From: a virus | Taxonomy: Duplodnaviria; Caudoviricetes | Direction: 5' to 3' (one strand) | IMG/VR virus record: IMGVR_UViG_3300011013_000016 | Coordinates: 1 to 53,358 of that record | Length of the DNA: 53,358 nucleotides | Shown: piece after piece, positions 1 to 9,066 of the stretch | Layout of the letters: each line of letters starts with the position of its first letter | Position numbering within the stretch: position 1 is the stretch's first letter | Translations under genes and position numbers: made by a program | Notes under the pieces: model-generated | What the model was told of the DNA's origin: nothing | Seen by the model: only the letters and a program-made list of their open reading frames with translations | The model's database searches: none

Positions 1-66
1 GAACGGGGCCAGGGTGGCGGCGAGCTTCCGGGCCTCACCGATGGTCAGATTGTCGATGTCGATCAT
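1..66 (-). CDS. Phage hypothetical protein, 5' part only (MIDIDNLTIGEARKLAATLAPF...), runs off window start
   Basis: ATG at 66 with upstream AAGGAG RBS; open to position 1. Confidence 0.6.
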   Translation of the reverse strand, partial: MIDIDNLTIGEARKLAATLAPF

Positions 67-123
67 GTTCTTCTCCTTCGCTCGTTGATTCGTTGTCATG
101 TCCGTCTGTCTCCAGGGGTGGGG

Positions 124-594
124 TCAGGAGGGCTTGTGCTGGACACGGCGAGCCTCAGCGGTGATCTCCGACTCCAGGTCGTACAGCCGCATCCGTGCGT
201 CGGTCACAGGCCAGGGGCTGATCCCGTGGTCCCGCAGGACCCCCTCGAACTCTTCGAGTCGACCGCAGTAGCCGTGCAGGCGTTCCAGGATGCGCTCTTC
301 TTGGGAGGGGGTGAGCTTCGGAGGGGTCGGGATGAGTCCAGGCCCCGGCTGTCGCTTGCCTGCGGTCATGGCCCGCATCTCGGCCGCGAACAAGGACTGA
401 ACCTGCCGGATGAGTTCCGCGTGGGCGCAGATGGAGAGGCTGTGGCTGTCAGCCTCGACCAGCAGCTTCGCGGACCGGATGACCCGCGCCTTGGCCTTGG
501 TGAGTTCCTCAAGGGCGCGGTGCCGTTCACGGGCGAGCTTCTTCTTGATCTCCGCGGTCTCGTCGGAGAGGGCGGCGATCTGTTCATCGGTCAT
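124..594 (-). CDS. Hypothetical protein, coiled-coil
   Basis: 156 aa ORF, AAGGA RBS, same strand as neighbouring genes. Confidence 0.65.
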   Translation of the reverse strand: MTDEQIAALSDETAEIKKKLARERHRALEELTKAKARVIRSAKLLVEADSHSLSICAHAELIRQVQSLFAAEMRAMTAGKRQPGPGLIPTPPKLTPSQEERILERLHGYCGRLEEFEGVLRDHGISPWPVTDARMRLYDLESEITAEARRVQHKPS

Positions 595-718
595 GGGGCG
601 GTCCTTGGGTGGCGGTTCGGGGTCGTCCAGGGGCTTTCAGGGCACCGGGGACCACCCCTTTGGGGGCTAAGTAGTTGAGATTACAGGGCGTGTGCTTACT
701 GCCGATACAGGCAAGTAG

Positions 719-997
719 TCAGGAATCCGTGGGGGTTGACGGGTCGGGGGTGGTCGGCTGGGTGCTGGTCTCGTCCTCGTCCAGGACGCCGAGCGTCCAC
801 TGAGTGGCTCCCTTGCGCCTGACCCACGTTCGTCCCGTCTGGACGTCTACGATCGCCCGCTCATCTCCCCAGGTTCTGAACTTGGAATCCTGAGCCTCGG
901 GGAGGCTGTGGAAGGCCCCCGCGAAGTCCAACAGGACCCCACCCGGGTAGTAGTCGTCCGAGACGAAGAGCCAGTACGGTCGGTCATTCACGCTCAC
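719..997 (-). CDS. Hypothetical protein
   Basis: GTG start overlaps upstream TGA; aromatic-rich YWLFVSDDYYPGG. Confidence 0.6.
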   Translation of the reverse strand: MSVNDRPYWLFVSDDYYPGGVLLDFAGAFHSLPEAQDSKFRTWGDERAIVDVQTGRTWVRRKGATQWTLGVLDEDETSTQPTTPDPSTPTDS

Positions 998-1461
998 CCC
1001 TCACCCCCAGCACCCGGGGCCGCTTCCAGGGCGGCGACGAGGGCTTCGGCTTCGGTGGGTCCACGCCATCGGGGGGCGTCGTCCGAGCGGTCGCCTTCAT
1101 CCACCACGGACCACTGTTCCTTCCCGGGGCCGGTCCAGTAGTGGGTCGCGTGCAGGCACGGCATCCCATGGCCCCCCCGCACCAGGCTCAGCAGCACGCC
1201 GAGGGTGGGTCCGTCCCTGTAGTCGGGGGCGTACTGCCCCAGGATGGGCCGGGGCTTGATCTCGATCATGTGGCCCGAGTCGTCCCCGCCGGACTCGTCG
1301 AGCATCCATCCGAAGCCTTCCTGGTCCGAATCCAGGCCAACCACACGCAGTGTGATGGACGGCTGTTCCAGGTGCCGCAGCAGGATCCCTTCCTGCAGGC
1401 GCCACCCCTCACAAGCCACAGCCCGCAGCCCGAGGTCTCGGGCCTGGTCGTCAGTCAGCAT
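994..1461 (-). CDS. Phage hypothetical protein (MLTDDQARDLGLRAVACEGWR...EAEALVAALEAAP)
   Basis: Start re-picked at ATG 1461 after GGAGGAGG RBS. Confidence 0.7.
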   Translation of the reverse strand: MLTDDQARDLGLRAVACEGWRLQEGILLRHLEQPSITLRVVGLDSDQEGFGWMLDESGGDDSGHMIEIKPRPILGQYAPDYRDGPTLGVLLSLVRGGHGMPCLHATHYWTGPGKEQWSVVDEGDRSDDAPRWRGPTEAEALVAALEAAPGAGGEG

Positions 1462-2125
1462 CGGGGCCTCCTCCTCTTGAAGGAATGACGAGTCGGCTAC
1501 CGTTGTGATCTGGTGGGGTCTCGGCTCGGATGGCTTCCTGGAGCAAGTAGGCGGTCCAGGGCGCTGGGATCTGTTGAAGATAGATTCGCTTGGTGTGGGG
1601 GTCCACGACACAAGGCCCGGTGTCCACGTGCACGGTGGTGAACCAGGGTGCACCCAGGTACCACCACGCCTTGTAGTGCCGGCGCAGCATCGAGATGGGG
1701 ATCCGTCTCGGGTGGGTCCTCTTGAACTTGCGCCACCAGGCCCGGAGCACGCCCAGGTTTTTCCAGGTCCGGGGCCAGCTGTGGGACGGTTCCGGCCGCT
1801 GGGGTTGGGCCCCCAGCGCGGCCAGGGTTCCGATCACCTGACGGGCCTCGTGGGCCGTAAAGTCAACCCGGTACAGGGTCGCGTAGGTCTGGAACGGTAC
1901 GGAACGGGTCTTGGTTTCGAACTTCGACAGGTCGTCATCGTTGAGGGTTGCCAGGGCCTGCTTGGGGATGACCAGACCGTCGATAGACGGAAGGTTCAGG
2001 TGTGTAGAGCCCTCGGGGGCCCGGTGCACCTGCCACTCGCTGTGCTCCAGCCACTTGCTCGCGGCGCCCCAGTCGAGCTTGTGCACGTCCACCCACTTCT
2101 GGACGGCGGGGGTCAGGACGGTCAC
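1451..2125 (-). CDS. Hypothetical protein
   Basis: GTG at 2125 overlaps upstream stop (GTGA); GGAGG RBS. Confidence 0.6.
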   Translation of the reverse strand: MTVLTPAVQKWVDVHKLDWGAASKWLEHSEWQVHRAPEGSTHLNLPSIDGLVIPKQALATLNDDDLSKFETKTRSVPFQTYATLYRVDFTAHEARQVIGTLAALGAQPQRPEPSHSWPRTWKNLGVLRAWWRKFKRTHPRRIPISMLRRHYKAWWYLGAPWFTTVHVDTGPCVVDPHTKRIYLQQIPAPWTAYLLQEAIRAETPPDHNGSRLVIPSRGGGPDAD

Positions 2126-2547
2126 AGCACTTCCTCCACGGGCTCGTCCATGAGTCGCTGGAACTGCTCCAGGGAGATGGTCTGGACGGAGAGGTCCATG
2201 CCGCAGTCCGCGCACATCACCAGGTTGATGTCCTTTCCGTCCTTGTCCAGGACCTGGCGCCAGGCTTCCCAGCGGGAGCAGGGGTCGCAGCGACCGACCT
2301 GGTACTCGCCCAGTGGTCCCTCACCCCGGGGCAGGCCCAGGGTGTGCAACACGCTCAGCACGCTCTTGGAGCGGACGGGTCGGTTCGGGTACATGCCCTC
2401 GATGCGCTGGATGGTCGAGATCGAGACCCCGGACTGGACGGCCAGCTCGCCCATGGACATGGCCTGGGCGTTGCGGGCGCCACGGACCATCGCGGCCAGG
2501 GTCTCTCGGTTGCCCTCGAACAGGGCGCCTCCTCGGGTTCCGCTCAC
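2122..2547 (-). CDS. XRE/Cro-type HTH protein with C-terminal CxxC...CxxC zinc site
   Basis: VRGARNAQAMSMGELAVQSGVSISTIQRIEG is an XRE-like HTH; CDPC and CADC motifs. Confidence 0.7.
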   Translation of the reverse strand: MSGTRGGALFEGNRETLAAMVRGARNAQAMSMGELAVQSGVSISTIQRIEGMYPNRPVRSKSVLSVLHTLGLPRGEGPLGEYQVGRCDPCSRWEAWRQVLDKDGKDINLVMCADCGMDLSVQTISLEQFQRLMDEPVEEVL

Positions 2548-2849
2548 GACTTCTCCTTCCAGTGCTCGCAGGCGGCCCACTTCAGGCGGACATCGGTGCC
2601 CAGACCCCCTGTGCGCACCACCTTGCGGCAGTTGTGGTAGACCCGGCTGAGGACCACCCGGTATCGGTGCGCACAGCTCCTGCAAGTGCCCCCCTCCGGG
2701 CGCAGCTTGAACCCTAGCGGGTGCAGACCCTTCCGAACGGCCTTCTGGTGCGCCTTGCTGTACTTGGACGGAGTGAACCACTTGGGCCACACCGGGTCGG
2801 TCGTGGGCCCGCACCAGCAGCACCCGTCCTTGCACAACAGGCAGGCCAT
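2544..2849 (-). CDS. Cys-rich phage hypothetical protein
   Basis: CRSCAH...C...WAACEHW; coupled to downstream gene. Confidence 0.6.
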   Translation of the reverse strand: MACLLCKDGCCWCGPTTDPVWPKWFTPSKYSKAHQKAVRKGLHPLGFKLRPEGGTCRSCAHRYRVVLSRVYHNCRKVVRTGGLGTDVRLKWAACEHWKEKS

Positions 2850-2856
2850 GTCAGGC

Positions 2857-3075
2857 TCAGCCCTTGTTCGTGGCGAAGGACACCAGGTCCTTGGTGGCAG
2901 ACTCGTTGGCGAACTTGAGCACCTGCATCTGGGTGCGGACCGTGCGCAGGATCTCCCTGCCCTGAGCCGCCACAGCGTCAGCCGTGCCCGGGGTCATGGC
3001 GCCGGACTTCACCTTGTGCAGGGTGTCCCACAGCTCGTTGCGCAGGTTCTCAGCGTTGAGAGCGTTCTTGGCCAT
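2857..3075 (-). CDS. Hypothetical protein (MAKNALNAENLRNELWDTL...)
   Basis: ATG 3075 preceded by purine-rich RBS. Confidence 0.6.
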   Translation of the reverse strand: MAKNALNAENLRNELWDTLHKVKSGAMTPGTADAVAAQGREILRTVRTQMQVLKFANESATKDLVSFATNKG

Positions 3076-3625
3076 CTTCTCTTCTCCTGGTTTGACACTT
3101 GTTGTAGGTGTCGTTTTCACGGCGACGGTCGTGTCCCGTCGTGGACTCGTTGAGGGTGTCGGTGAGGGCCATCAGCATCAGGTGCGCCTCAGCCCACTCC
3201 TCGCCGTACCTGTTCTTGGCCCGCCAGACCCTGTCGTAGGCGGCCTTGTACTCTTTCCAGCCTGGGCGCTCCTGGTACTCCTTGATGTAGGCTTTGTGCT
3301 TGGTCCGGACTTCAGGGTCCTGCCTGCGCTTCCGCTGGCGGGCGAGGTGGGTCTTGTGATTGCGGTAGTAGGACGCCCGCTTCTTGGCGTTGATTTCATC
3401 GCGCTTCTCGGCCCGGCGCTTCCGGTCGTACTCAGCCTTGCGCCGCTTCTGCTCCGCGATGGATGGCCAGTCAGTCCTGCGACGAGCCAGACCCGAGCAC
3501 TTCCGGGAACACCGGACCTCGTACCCCAGCTTGGCCGCACGGTTGATGGCGCTCCTGTGGCCCAGGAAGTCACACCCGCAGACGGGGCAGACGCAGGGCA
3601 CGTTGGCTCGGGCGGTGGCCGGCAT
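3050..3625 (-). CDS. Zn-finger, basic DNA-binding protein
   Basis: CPVCG...CSRKC plus K/R-rich helices; TGATG coupling; no HNH motif seen. Confidence 0.6.
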   Translation of the reverse strand: MPATARANVPCVCPVCGCDFLGHRSAINRAAKLGYEVRCSRKCSGLARRRTDWPSIAEQKRRKAEYDRKRRAEKRDEINAKKRASYYRNHKTHLARQRKRRQDPEVRTKHKAYIKEYQERPGWKEYKAAYDRVWRAKNRYGEEWAEAHLMLMALTDTLNESTTGHDRRRENDTYNKCQTRRREDGQERSQR

Positions 3626-4125
3626 CAGGACAGGGCGTCCACGAGCCTGCACACCACTTGATCGATGCCCACCTTGCGCACGATGCCGAGGGCCCCGCTG
3701 CTGCGCCAGACCACGTAGGTTCCGGCTGGTTGGTCAAGGGCAGGCTTGCTGAGCTGGTGGACGATGGAGTATGCGGGCAGCCCGGTCAGCTTGCACCAGG
3801 GGGCCTTGCCGTCGAGCGGGTAGTAGCTCGCGATCGGCAGCGTCTTCAGGTCCGCGTACTCGAACGGCACGGCGAGCCGGCCGCACCACTCGACGACCGC
3901 CATCCAGCCCTTGGGGCTCTGGACACCACGCACCGTCTTGAGGTCTACGCGCCACCCGTGCAGCGCTTCCAGCTCCCGCTGCATCTGATCGAGGCCCGAA
4001 CCTGTCTCGTCATCGTCGGGTGGGAGCCGCATGATCAGCGGGACACCACTGAACAGCACCTCGGCACCGGTGTCGGGAAGGGTGATCCAGCCGTTCATGA
4101 GGTCCTCTCGGGTCAGCAACCCCAT
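3625..4125 (-). CDS. Hypothetical protein
   Basis: 166 aa ORF in operon orientation. Confidence 0.55.
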   Translation of the reverse strand: MGLLTREDLMNGWITLPDTGAEVLFSGVPLIMRLPPDDDETGSGLDQMQRELEALHGWRVDLKTVRGVQSPKGWMAVVEWCGRLAVPFEYADLKTLPIASYYPLDGKAPWCKLTGLPAYSIVHQLSKPALDQPAGTYVVWRSSGALGIVRKVGIDQVVCRLVDALS

Positions 4126-4159
4126 GGTATCACCGATAGGTCATCGGTCAACCACTTTC

Positions 4160-4540
4160 TCAGGGGAGCTGCTGGACCTCGCCCCCATCCTGCTCGTGGA
4201 TCGTGAACGGAACACCGCTCGCGGTGCACAACTGGATGGTGCTCAGCGTGCCCGGGCTGTCCCCGTCCCAGAACGAGACCATCTCGTCCGCCAGACGCAC
4301 GAGCCACCGGTTGCGCATGAAGCCGGCCTTCTTCCCGTAGCGCTGCCACAGGGGCACGATCTCGGCCACGTGGATGCCGAGCTGGTGTGCCTCGACGAAG
4401 GCGAGCCGGTCCGCCCCTCTGGCCCCGCCCGTCAGGACCAGCAGGTCGTCCTGTCCGTACTGCTCCAAGAACCGCTGCAGTACGGTGCGGATGGCGAGGT
4501 GGTCAGACCAGCCCCGGGAACCACAGACGAGGAGCGTCAT
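4160..4540 (-). CDS. SLOG superfamily (YspA/DUF2493-like) nucleotide-binding protein
   Basis: LLVCGSRGW, TGGARGAD, YGKKAGFMRN, FWDGDSPGT motifs; start at ATG 4540. Confidence 0.85.
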   Translation of the reverse strand: MTLLVCGSRGWSDHLAIRTVLQRFLEQYGQDDLLVLTGGARGADRLAFVEAHQLGIHVAEIVPLWQRYGKKAGFMRNRWLVRLADEMVSFWDGDSPGTLSTIQLCTASGVPFTIHEQDGGEVQQLP

Positions 4541-4671
4541 GGCCCCACGTACTCCTGGCGCCCGCATCTGGAGCAGCGCACCGTGTAGATGGCTTCGGAC
4601 TTGTCCCATCGGTGCAGCCCCAGCCAGCAGGCCAGGCGGCTCAAGCGCCACAGAAAGAGGATGCGGATCAT
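4537..4671 (-). CDS. 44 aa prophage-type Cys/His protein (LACWLGLHRW...CSRCG)
   Basis: ATGA overlaps at both ends; not in ORF track, translated by hand. Confidence 0.6.
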   Translation of the reverse strand: MIRILFLWRLSRLACWLGLHRWDKSEAIYTVRCSRCGRQEYVGP

Positions 4672-5003
4672 GGACAGTGGCCCCCGGCGAAGCAGGCCGC
4701 AAGGAGGCCGGACATGGCGGTGGCGAACGCTGGGTACTGCTCCTCAGTGCAGTCGATGACGTGCAGGACCTGATCTTCGGCGGAGTGGCTCAGCTCCACA
4801 TAGAGGGCCACGTCGTTCGGGATCCACTCGACGAACCAGGACCAGGCTGCGGACACGCCGCCAAGCTCTTCGTGGCTCTCCTCACCGGCCAACCCCACTG
4901 TGAAGCGGACGGGCCAAGACGTATAGAGACCCTCGGCCTCAGTCATGCACTCCGCTGGGGTACCGGCGAGCGCGGTGGACATCAGAAGAAGAGCGGTGCT
5001 CAT
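4668..5003 (-). CDS. Putative secreted protein
   Basis: N-terminal hydrophobic MSTALLLMSTALAG signal-like segment. Confidence 0.55.
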   Translation of the reverse strand: MSTALLLMSTALAGTPAECMTEAEGLYTSWPVRFTVGLAGEESHEELGGVSAAWSWFVEWIPNDVALYVELSHSAEDQVLHVIDCTEEQYPAFATAMSGLLAACFAGGHCP

Positions 5004-5030
5004 GGTCTGCCTCGTGTTGGGGGGATCAGG

Positions 5031-5237
5031 TCATCTGGCTCTTCGCTTGCAGCTCAGCCAGATCTCAGCCGGGCTGGCCGAAACGGACATCTCGACCTTG
5101 TTGCGGTCGATGGCTATCGGGGTTCCGTCAGGGGTCTTGCCGTACTCCCATCTGGGCGGGCCGAGACGCAAGACCCGCACCTCGCGCCCCGGCCCGCCGA
5201 CCGATCCCACCACCACGCCTTTTCCGAGGTCTGCCAT
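5031..5237 (-). CDS. Hypothetical protein
   Basis: TGATG coupling, AAGGAG RBS. Confidence 0.55.
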   Translation of the reverse strand: MADLGKGVVVGSVGGPGREVRVLRLGPPRWEYGKTPDGTPIAIDRNKVEMSVSASPAEIWLSCKRRAR

Positions 5238-5713
5238 CAGCTGTGCTCCTTGCCCGCAGCTCTGGTCATCTCCTCTTGGAGAGTGCCGCTGGACATGGCC
5301 TTCTCGCCCCGCTCAGCTCGCCTATCCGCCTCGCGTGCCCAGGCCAGGACCCAGGCGATGTTCCGGCCAAAAGACCGCACCTCGTCTCGGTTCACCAAGA
5401 GCTGGGCGCCAGTACGCTTGTCCTTATAGAGGGTGGCCCCAGCGCCCCGCGTGTCGGCCACGTCGGTGACCTCCTCCAAGGAGAGGACGTGGGCCGCCAG
5501 ATAGGACTCGACCGTCTTCAGGACCGGGAACACCAGCTTGTTGAAGCCTGCAGTCACTTCGGCGTGGGCTTGGTCAACCGCAGCCCATCGGCCCCGGAAG
5601 AACAAGTCCCGGAACCCTGCAGGCCGGTTCGTCTTGAACCAGACCTGGGCGGCCTGAGCCAGGGCTCGGAAGTCCGAGACCTCGATCGCTGTGGGAAGGC
5701 GCTCTTCAGACAA
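5237..5713 (-). CDS. Hypothetical protein
   Basis: 158 aa ORF overlapping both neighbours. Confidence 0.6.
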   Translation of the reverse strand: MSEERLPTAIEVSDFRALAQAAQVWFKTNRPAGFRDLFFRGRWAAVDQAHAEVTAGFNKLVFPVLKTVESYLAAHVLSLEEVTDVADTRGAGATLYKDKRTGAQLLVNRDEVRSFGRNIAWVLAWAREADRRAERGEKAMSSGTLQEEMTRAAGKEHS

Positions 5714-5924
5714 CGGGCGCCACCATCATCTCGTGCGTGGTCTTCACGACCTCGGACTGCAACATCCGGACCAGCTCCGGGGCACAGTCGGCCCTCTCCT
5801 TCCTGGACATCGAGACCAGCACATTGCGCCACTTCAGCATCACAAGGTGAGCGGCCAGGCCACCAATACAGAGAGCACATCCCTGCTCGGTCTTTTGGCT
5901 CTCGGGGTGGTCACAGGGGGACAT
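5706..5924 (-). CDS. Hypothetical protein
   Basis: First ORF after the promoter at 5956-5984; GAGGAG RBS. Confidence 0.55.
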   Translation of the reverse strand: MSPCDHPESQKTEQGCALCIGGLAAHLVMLKWRNVLVSMSRKERADCAPELVRMLQSEVVKTTHEMMVAPVV

Positions 5925-5955
5925 CTCTCAGCTCCTCGGGCGGGTCGTCTCAACA

Positions 5956-5984
5956 GTTGTAGCTCTGGAGCTACCAGAGGTCAA
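5956..5984 (-). promoter_or_regulatory. Sigma70-type promoter TTGACC-N17-TACAAC with internal palindrome GTAGCTC-N2-GAGCTAC (5959-5974)
   Basis: Read directly; 17 bp spacer and perfect 7-bp inverted repeat. Confidence 0.65.
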
Positions 5985-6304
5985 GCCACCCCCTGCTCTG
6001 GGAGGTACCCGCGCAGCTCGACATCGACGCCCGCATAGACCGTCTCGTTCCTCGGATCGAACAGGTTGAGCCTGCCGTCCGCCAGCCGCCCCACCACCAC
6101 CACGGCCCGGCCGTTCCCATCGGAGAGGACTCCGGACTCGATGATGACTTTGGGGACGGGGCGTCCGGCCGCCCGCTCTAGCCCCTCGTTTACCAACCGG
6201 CGGCAGAAAGAGGCGCGGGACACCGGGCCGCTGGCGCTGTCGATGCGATCCAGGAGGTCTTCGTGGACCCTCAAAGCGATCAGGGTGGTCTTGCGCTCAG
6301 ACAT
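5981..6304 (-). CDS. Ribbon-helix-helix (CopG/Arc-like) regulator with C-terminal beta domain
   Basis: TTLIALRVHEDLLDRIDSASGPVSRASFCRRLVNEGL RHH pattern. Confidence 0.7.
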   Translation of the reverse strand: MSERKTTLIALRVHEDLLDRIDSASGPVSRASFCRRLVNEGLERAAGRPVPKVIIESGVLSDGNGRAVVVVGRLADGRLNLFDPRNETVYAGVDVELRGYLPEQGVA

Positions 6305-6392
6305 GGGAGAAGCCTTCCTTGTGTAGCCTCAAAGTAGCACGCATTCGGGTTGACGCCACCTGCGGAGGCGACACCGACACCCAGGAGGCCAC

Positions 6393-6785
6393 ATGGGTCG
6401 GAACGTTCGCTACGGGGCCACGGTCATCAACGCTGCTGTGGATGCAGCTGCAGACCAGCCTGCTCCCACCAATCCTGCTCCAGATCCGGTCGTCCAGGGC
6501 ACGGCGTACCCGCGGCGTCACGACGTCATGGAGTGCTTGTTGCTCATCACGGGCAACGGCAGCCTGACTGCTGGGGACACGATCACGGTTCGTCCGTGGT
6601 GGTACGACCCGACGTCTGGGGCTACCGGCCGCTGGCTGCGGGGCGCCACCACGACGGTCACCGATGATGGTGCAGTCCTCGCTTACTGCATCGGTGAGCG
6701 CATTTACTGGGAGGTCACCGCTGTAGTCCGCGCTGTGGCTGGAGAGTGGCTCCTGTCCCAGCAGTTCATCAACAAGAGCGCGTAG
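6393..6785 (+). CDS. Hypothetical protein, probably virion-associated
   Basis: AGGAGG RBS; beta-rich composition. Confidence 0.6.
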   Translation: MGRNVRYGATVINAAVDAAADQPAPTNPAPDPVVQGTAYPRRHDVMECLLLITGNGSLTAGDTITVRPWWYDPTSGATGRWLRGATTTVTDDGAVLAYCIGERIYWEVTAVVRAVAGEWLLSQQFINKSA

Positions 6786-6795
6786 GGGGGTCGGG

Positions 6796-7767
6796 ATGGC
6801 TTCGCTCGATCTGCTCGCGGGTCACGACGGACTACACGCGACGTCTGGCTTCGCACAGCTCCAGGCCGCGCTTGGGGCTCGGGCCCAGCAGAACACCGCC
6901 GCGACAGTGGCCACGGCCGCTCCGACTGTCTCCGGTGGGGACGGCACCTACACCTACCAGTGGGCGCTGATCGACCCGGACGGTGACGACCGGGTTGCGC
7001 TGTTCACTGGCAGCGACACGGATGCAGATCCGGGCGGCTGGGACACAGACGCACCCGGAAACTGGATCGAGACCGTGACTGTCACGGATGGTGAGGGCAC
7101 CGTCAACGTGGCGACCCGCATCGTCCAGATCGGCGATGACGATGGCTTCATCCACATCGACCTCAGCGCCGGCACCGAGACGAACGCGGGCATGAAGGGG
7201 CCCGGCACTGTCCTTGGTGTTGCGGGCACCTATGAGGTCGCCGCCACGCACGGCCTCCCCGACAGCACGATGGACGCCTACTTCAACGGTACCCAGCTCC
7301 TGGCGCGCAAGGCCGGACAGAACCGGACCATCGGTCGCCTCTACAGCCCCACCGCGGCGCCGGAAGATCCGGGAAGCAGCTACGCCTGCATCGGCCTTGG
7401 CTTTGGGCCCGACGCTACTCCTGCGACCAACGAGGGCTACCACGCTGCGCTGACCCAGACGGGTGTACCGGCACAGCGGGCCGGGGCCTGCAAGCGGTGG
7501 GGTGTGGAACCCACAGCTACCGCGCCGGACCTGGGTGCCGGCCCCTACTACGTCGAGCTGGACGTGAGCTTTGATGGCACCCAGGCGATCGGCGCCAAGG
7601 CCACATACATCGGGGCCAGCGACAGCCTGGTGCTGGACGAGGATGTGCAGGCCACGGGGACCTTCACGAACACGTGGCTGATCGCCTACATGGGCCAGAA
7701 GGGCGTCGCCCCGGCGAGCACGGTCGAGTGGCCGTCGGGCACCATCTTCAGCTACAAGCACGCCTGA
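6796..7767 (+). CDS. Putative virion/receptor-binding protein with Ig/PKD-like domain
   Basis: SGGDGTYTYQW...GNWIETVTVTDGEG Ig/PKD-like pattern; T/G/A/D-rich. Confidence 0.6.
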   Translation: MASLDLLAGHDGLHATSGFAQLQAALGARAQQNTAATVATAAPTVSGGDGTYTYQWALIDPDGDDRVALFTGSDTDADPGGWDTDAPGNWIETVTVTDGEGTVNVATRIVQIGDDDGFIHIDLSAGTETNAGMKGPGTVLGVAGTYEVAATHGLPDSTMDAYFNGTQLLARKAGQNRTIGRLYSPTAAPEDPGSSYACIGLGFGPDATPATNEGYHAALTQTGVPAQRAGACKRWGVEPTATAPDLGAGPYYVELDVSFDGTQAIGAKATYIGASDSLVLDEDVQATGTFTNTWLIAYMGQKGVAPASTVEWPSGTIFSYKHA

Positions 7768-7821
7768 CGGGAGAACCCCGACTACCCCTCTGCCGAGGCA
7801 GGCAGTACAACTGGAGCAAGG

Positions 7822-8241
7822 ATGCCCGACGACACCACTCACACCTCCGACCAGGAGGCGTCCGGCATTGAGGACGTCGTGGCCGCAGCAGTCGAGAAGG
7901 CCTTGGAGGAAAAGGACAAGATCCCCATCGGGGTCCGTCGCTTCCAGCGCTGGCTTGGGGATGCCTATGCCTGGACAAAGTGGCGGGTCACAAAGAATCC
8001 GCTGCTCACAGCCATGAGCGGCGGGCTCTTGGTTCTCGTCTTCTCGACTGCCGGCTACATCGTCGAAGAGGTGCTCCCTCGCTGGGGTGTGCCGCCTGAG
8101 GCTCAGCCCTACTACACCCAGGGCCAGGGCCAGGCGCTCTCCCTGAAGGTGGACGATGTGCTCGCCATGAGCTGTGAGCTGACCCGGAAGACTGGAGGGA
8201 CACCCCCAGCTTCATGCCCCCCACCCCCAGAACCCGAGTGA
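7822..8241 (+). CDS. Single-TM membrane protein, holin or inner-membrane spanin candidate
   Basis: TM segment LLTAMSGGLLVLVFSTAGYIV; located next to endolysin. Confidence 0.5.
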   Translation: MPDDTTHTSDQEASGIEDVVAAAVEKALEEKDKIPIGVRRFQRWLGDAYAWTKWRVTKNPLLTAMSGGLLVLVFSTAGYIVEEVLPRWGVPPEAQPYYTQGQGQALSLKVDDVLAMSCELTRKTGGTPPASCPPPPEPE

Positions 8242-8244
8242 CCC

Positions 8245-8499
8245 ATGTTGAGCGCCTGCCTGCTCGTCTTGTCCCTCGCCTACGCGGAGCCCCCGGCACC
8301 CGCTGTGGCCACCCCTGAACCCCCAGTGCCTGAGGTGGCAAAGACCCTGGATGCCGCCCAGGAGGCTCTCGCGGCCATCGATGTGGACGCCCTCAACGCG
8401 CTGATTGCCGCGGAGGAAGCCAAAGCGGCCCCCGTTGTGGCGGACCAGCCGGAGGACTCCGCGGTGGACGAGAGCCCACTCATGGTGCCCGTGAAGTGA
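8245..8499 (+). CDS. Small exported protein in lysis cassette
   Basis: Signal-like MLSACLLVLSLAYA followed by Pro/Ala/acidic body. Confidence 0.5.
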   Translation: MLSACLLVLSLAYAEPPAPAVATPEPPVPEVAKTLDAAQEALAAIDVDALNALIAAEEAKAAPVVADQPEDSAVDESPLMVPVK

Positions 8500-9065
8500 G
8501 CCACTACGTCATCCTCGATTGGCAGCACCATGGGAAGCCCGGCAAGGACGACCACGGCGCTTCCAGTGGAGATCTGCGCGAGACCGACCTCAGTTCCGCG
8601 TACATCAACGCTGCGAAAGAGGCCTTAGAACGCCACGGAATCCAAGTCCTCGTGCTGGCGTACGGCTGGTACGGCAAGCGCCACGACTACGCGCGGGAAG
8701 CCGCGAAGGCGGTGGCTGGGAAGTGCGTCTACGTGGCTTGTCACGTGAACGCGGGCGGTGGATCTTATGGCCTGGTGTGCCACGACGCACGGAGCGGTGG
8801 CGGGAAGAGGCTGTCCGATGCGGTGGCTCGGGAACTTGAGCCGTTGACTGGTACTGCACGGTCCGAGGCTGCATCGCCCGACAAGTGGACCAACGCCCAC
8901 AACACCATCGCCGGCATCTTCAAGGGCCCAGCCAATCTGTCTGGGATCTGCTTCGAGCCTGGCTTCATCGACTCAGACGCCCACAAGCACCTCTGGTATG
9001 CTGACGGCCTTGTCCGGGTGGGAACCGCGTTGGCCGCCGGGATCATCAGCTACCTGGAGGACTGA
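8496..9065 (+). CDS. Endolysin, N-acetylmuramoyl-L-alanine amidase (Amidase_3)
   Basis: VILDWQHHG...RETD...ACHVNA...CFEPGFIDS zinc-amidase motifs. Confidence 0.85.
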   Translation: MSHYVILDWQHHGKPGKDDHGASSGDLRETDLSSAYINAAKEALERHGIQVLVLAYGWYGKRHDYAREAAKAVAGKCVYVACHVNAGGGSYGLVCHDARSGGGKRLSDAVARELEPLTGTARSEAASPDKWTNAHNTIAGIFKGPANLSGICFEPGFIDSDAHKHLWYADGLVRVGTALAAGIISYLED

Positions 9066-9066
9066 C

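Noticed and set aside
668-696. Novel promoter class AGCACA-N17-TAC (also 47756-47784)
   Set aside because: Only two instances with different -10 hexamers; could be chance.
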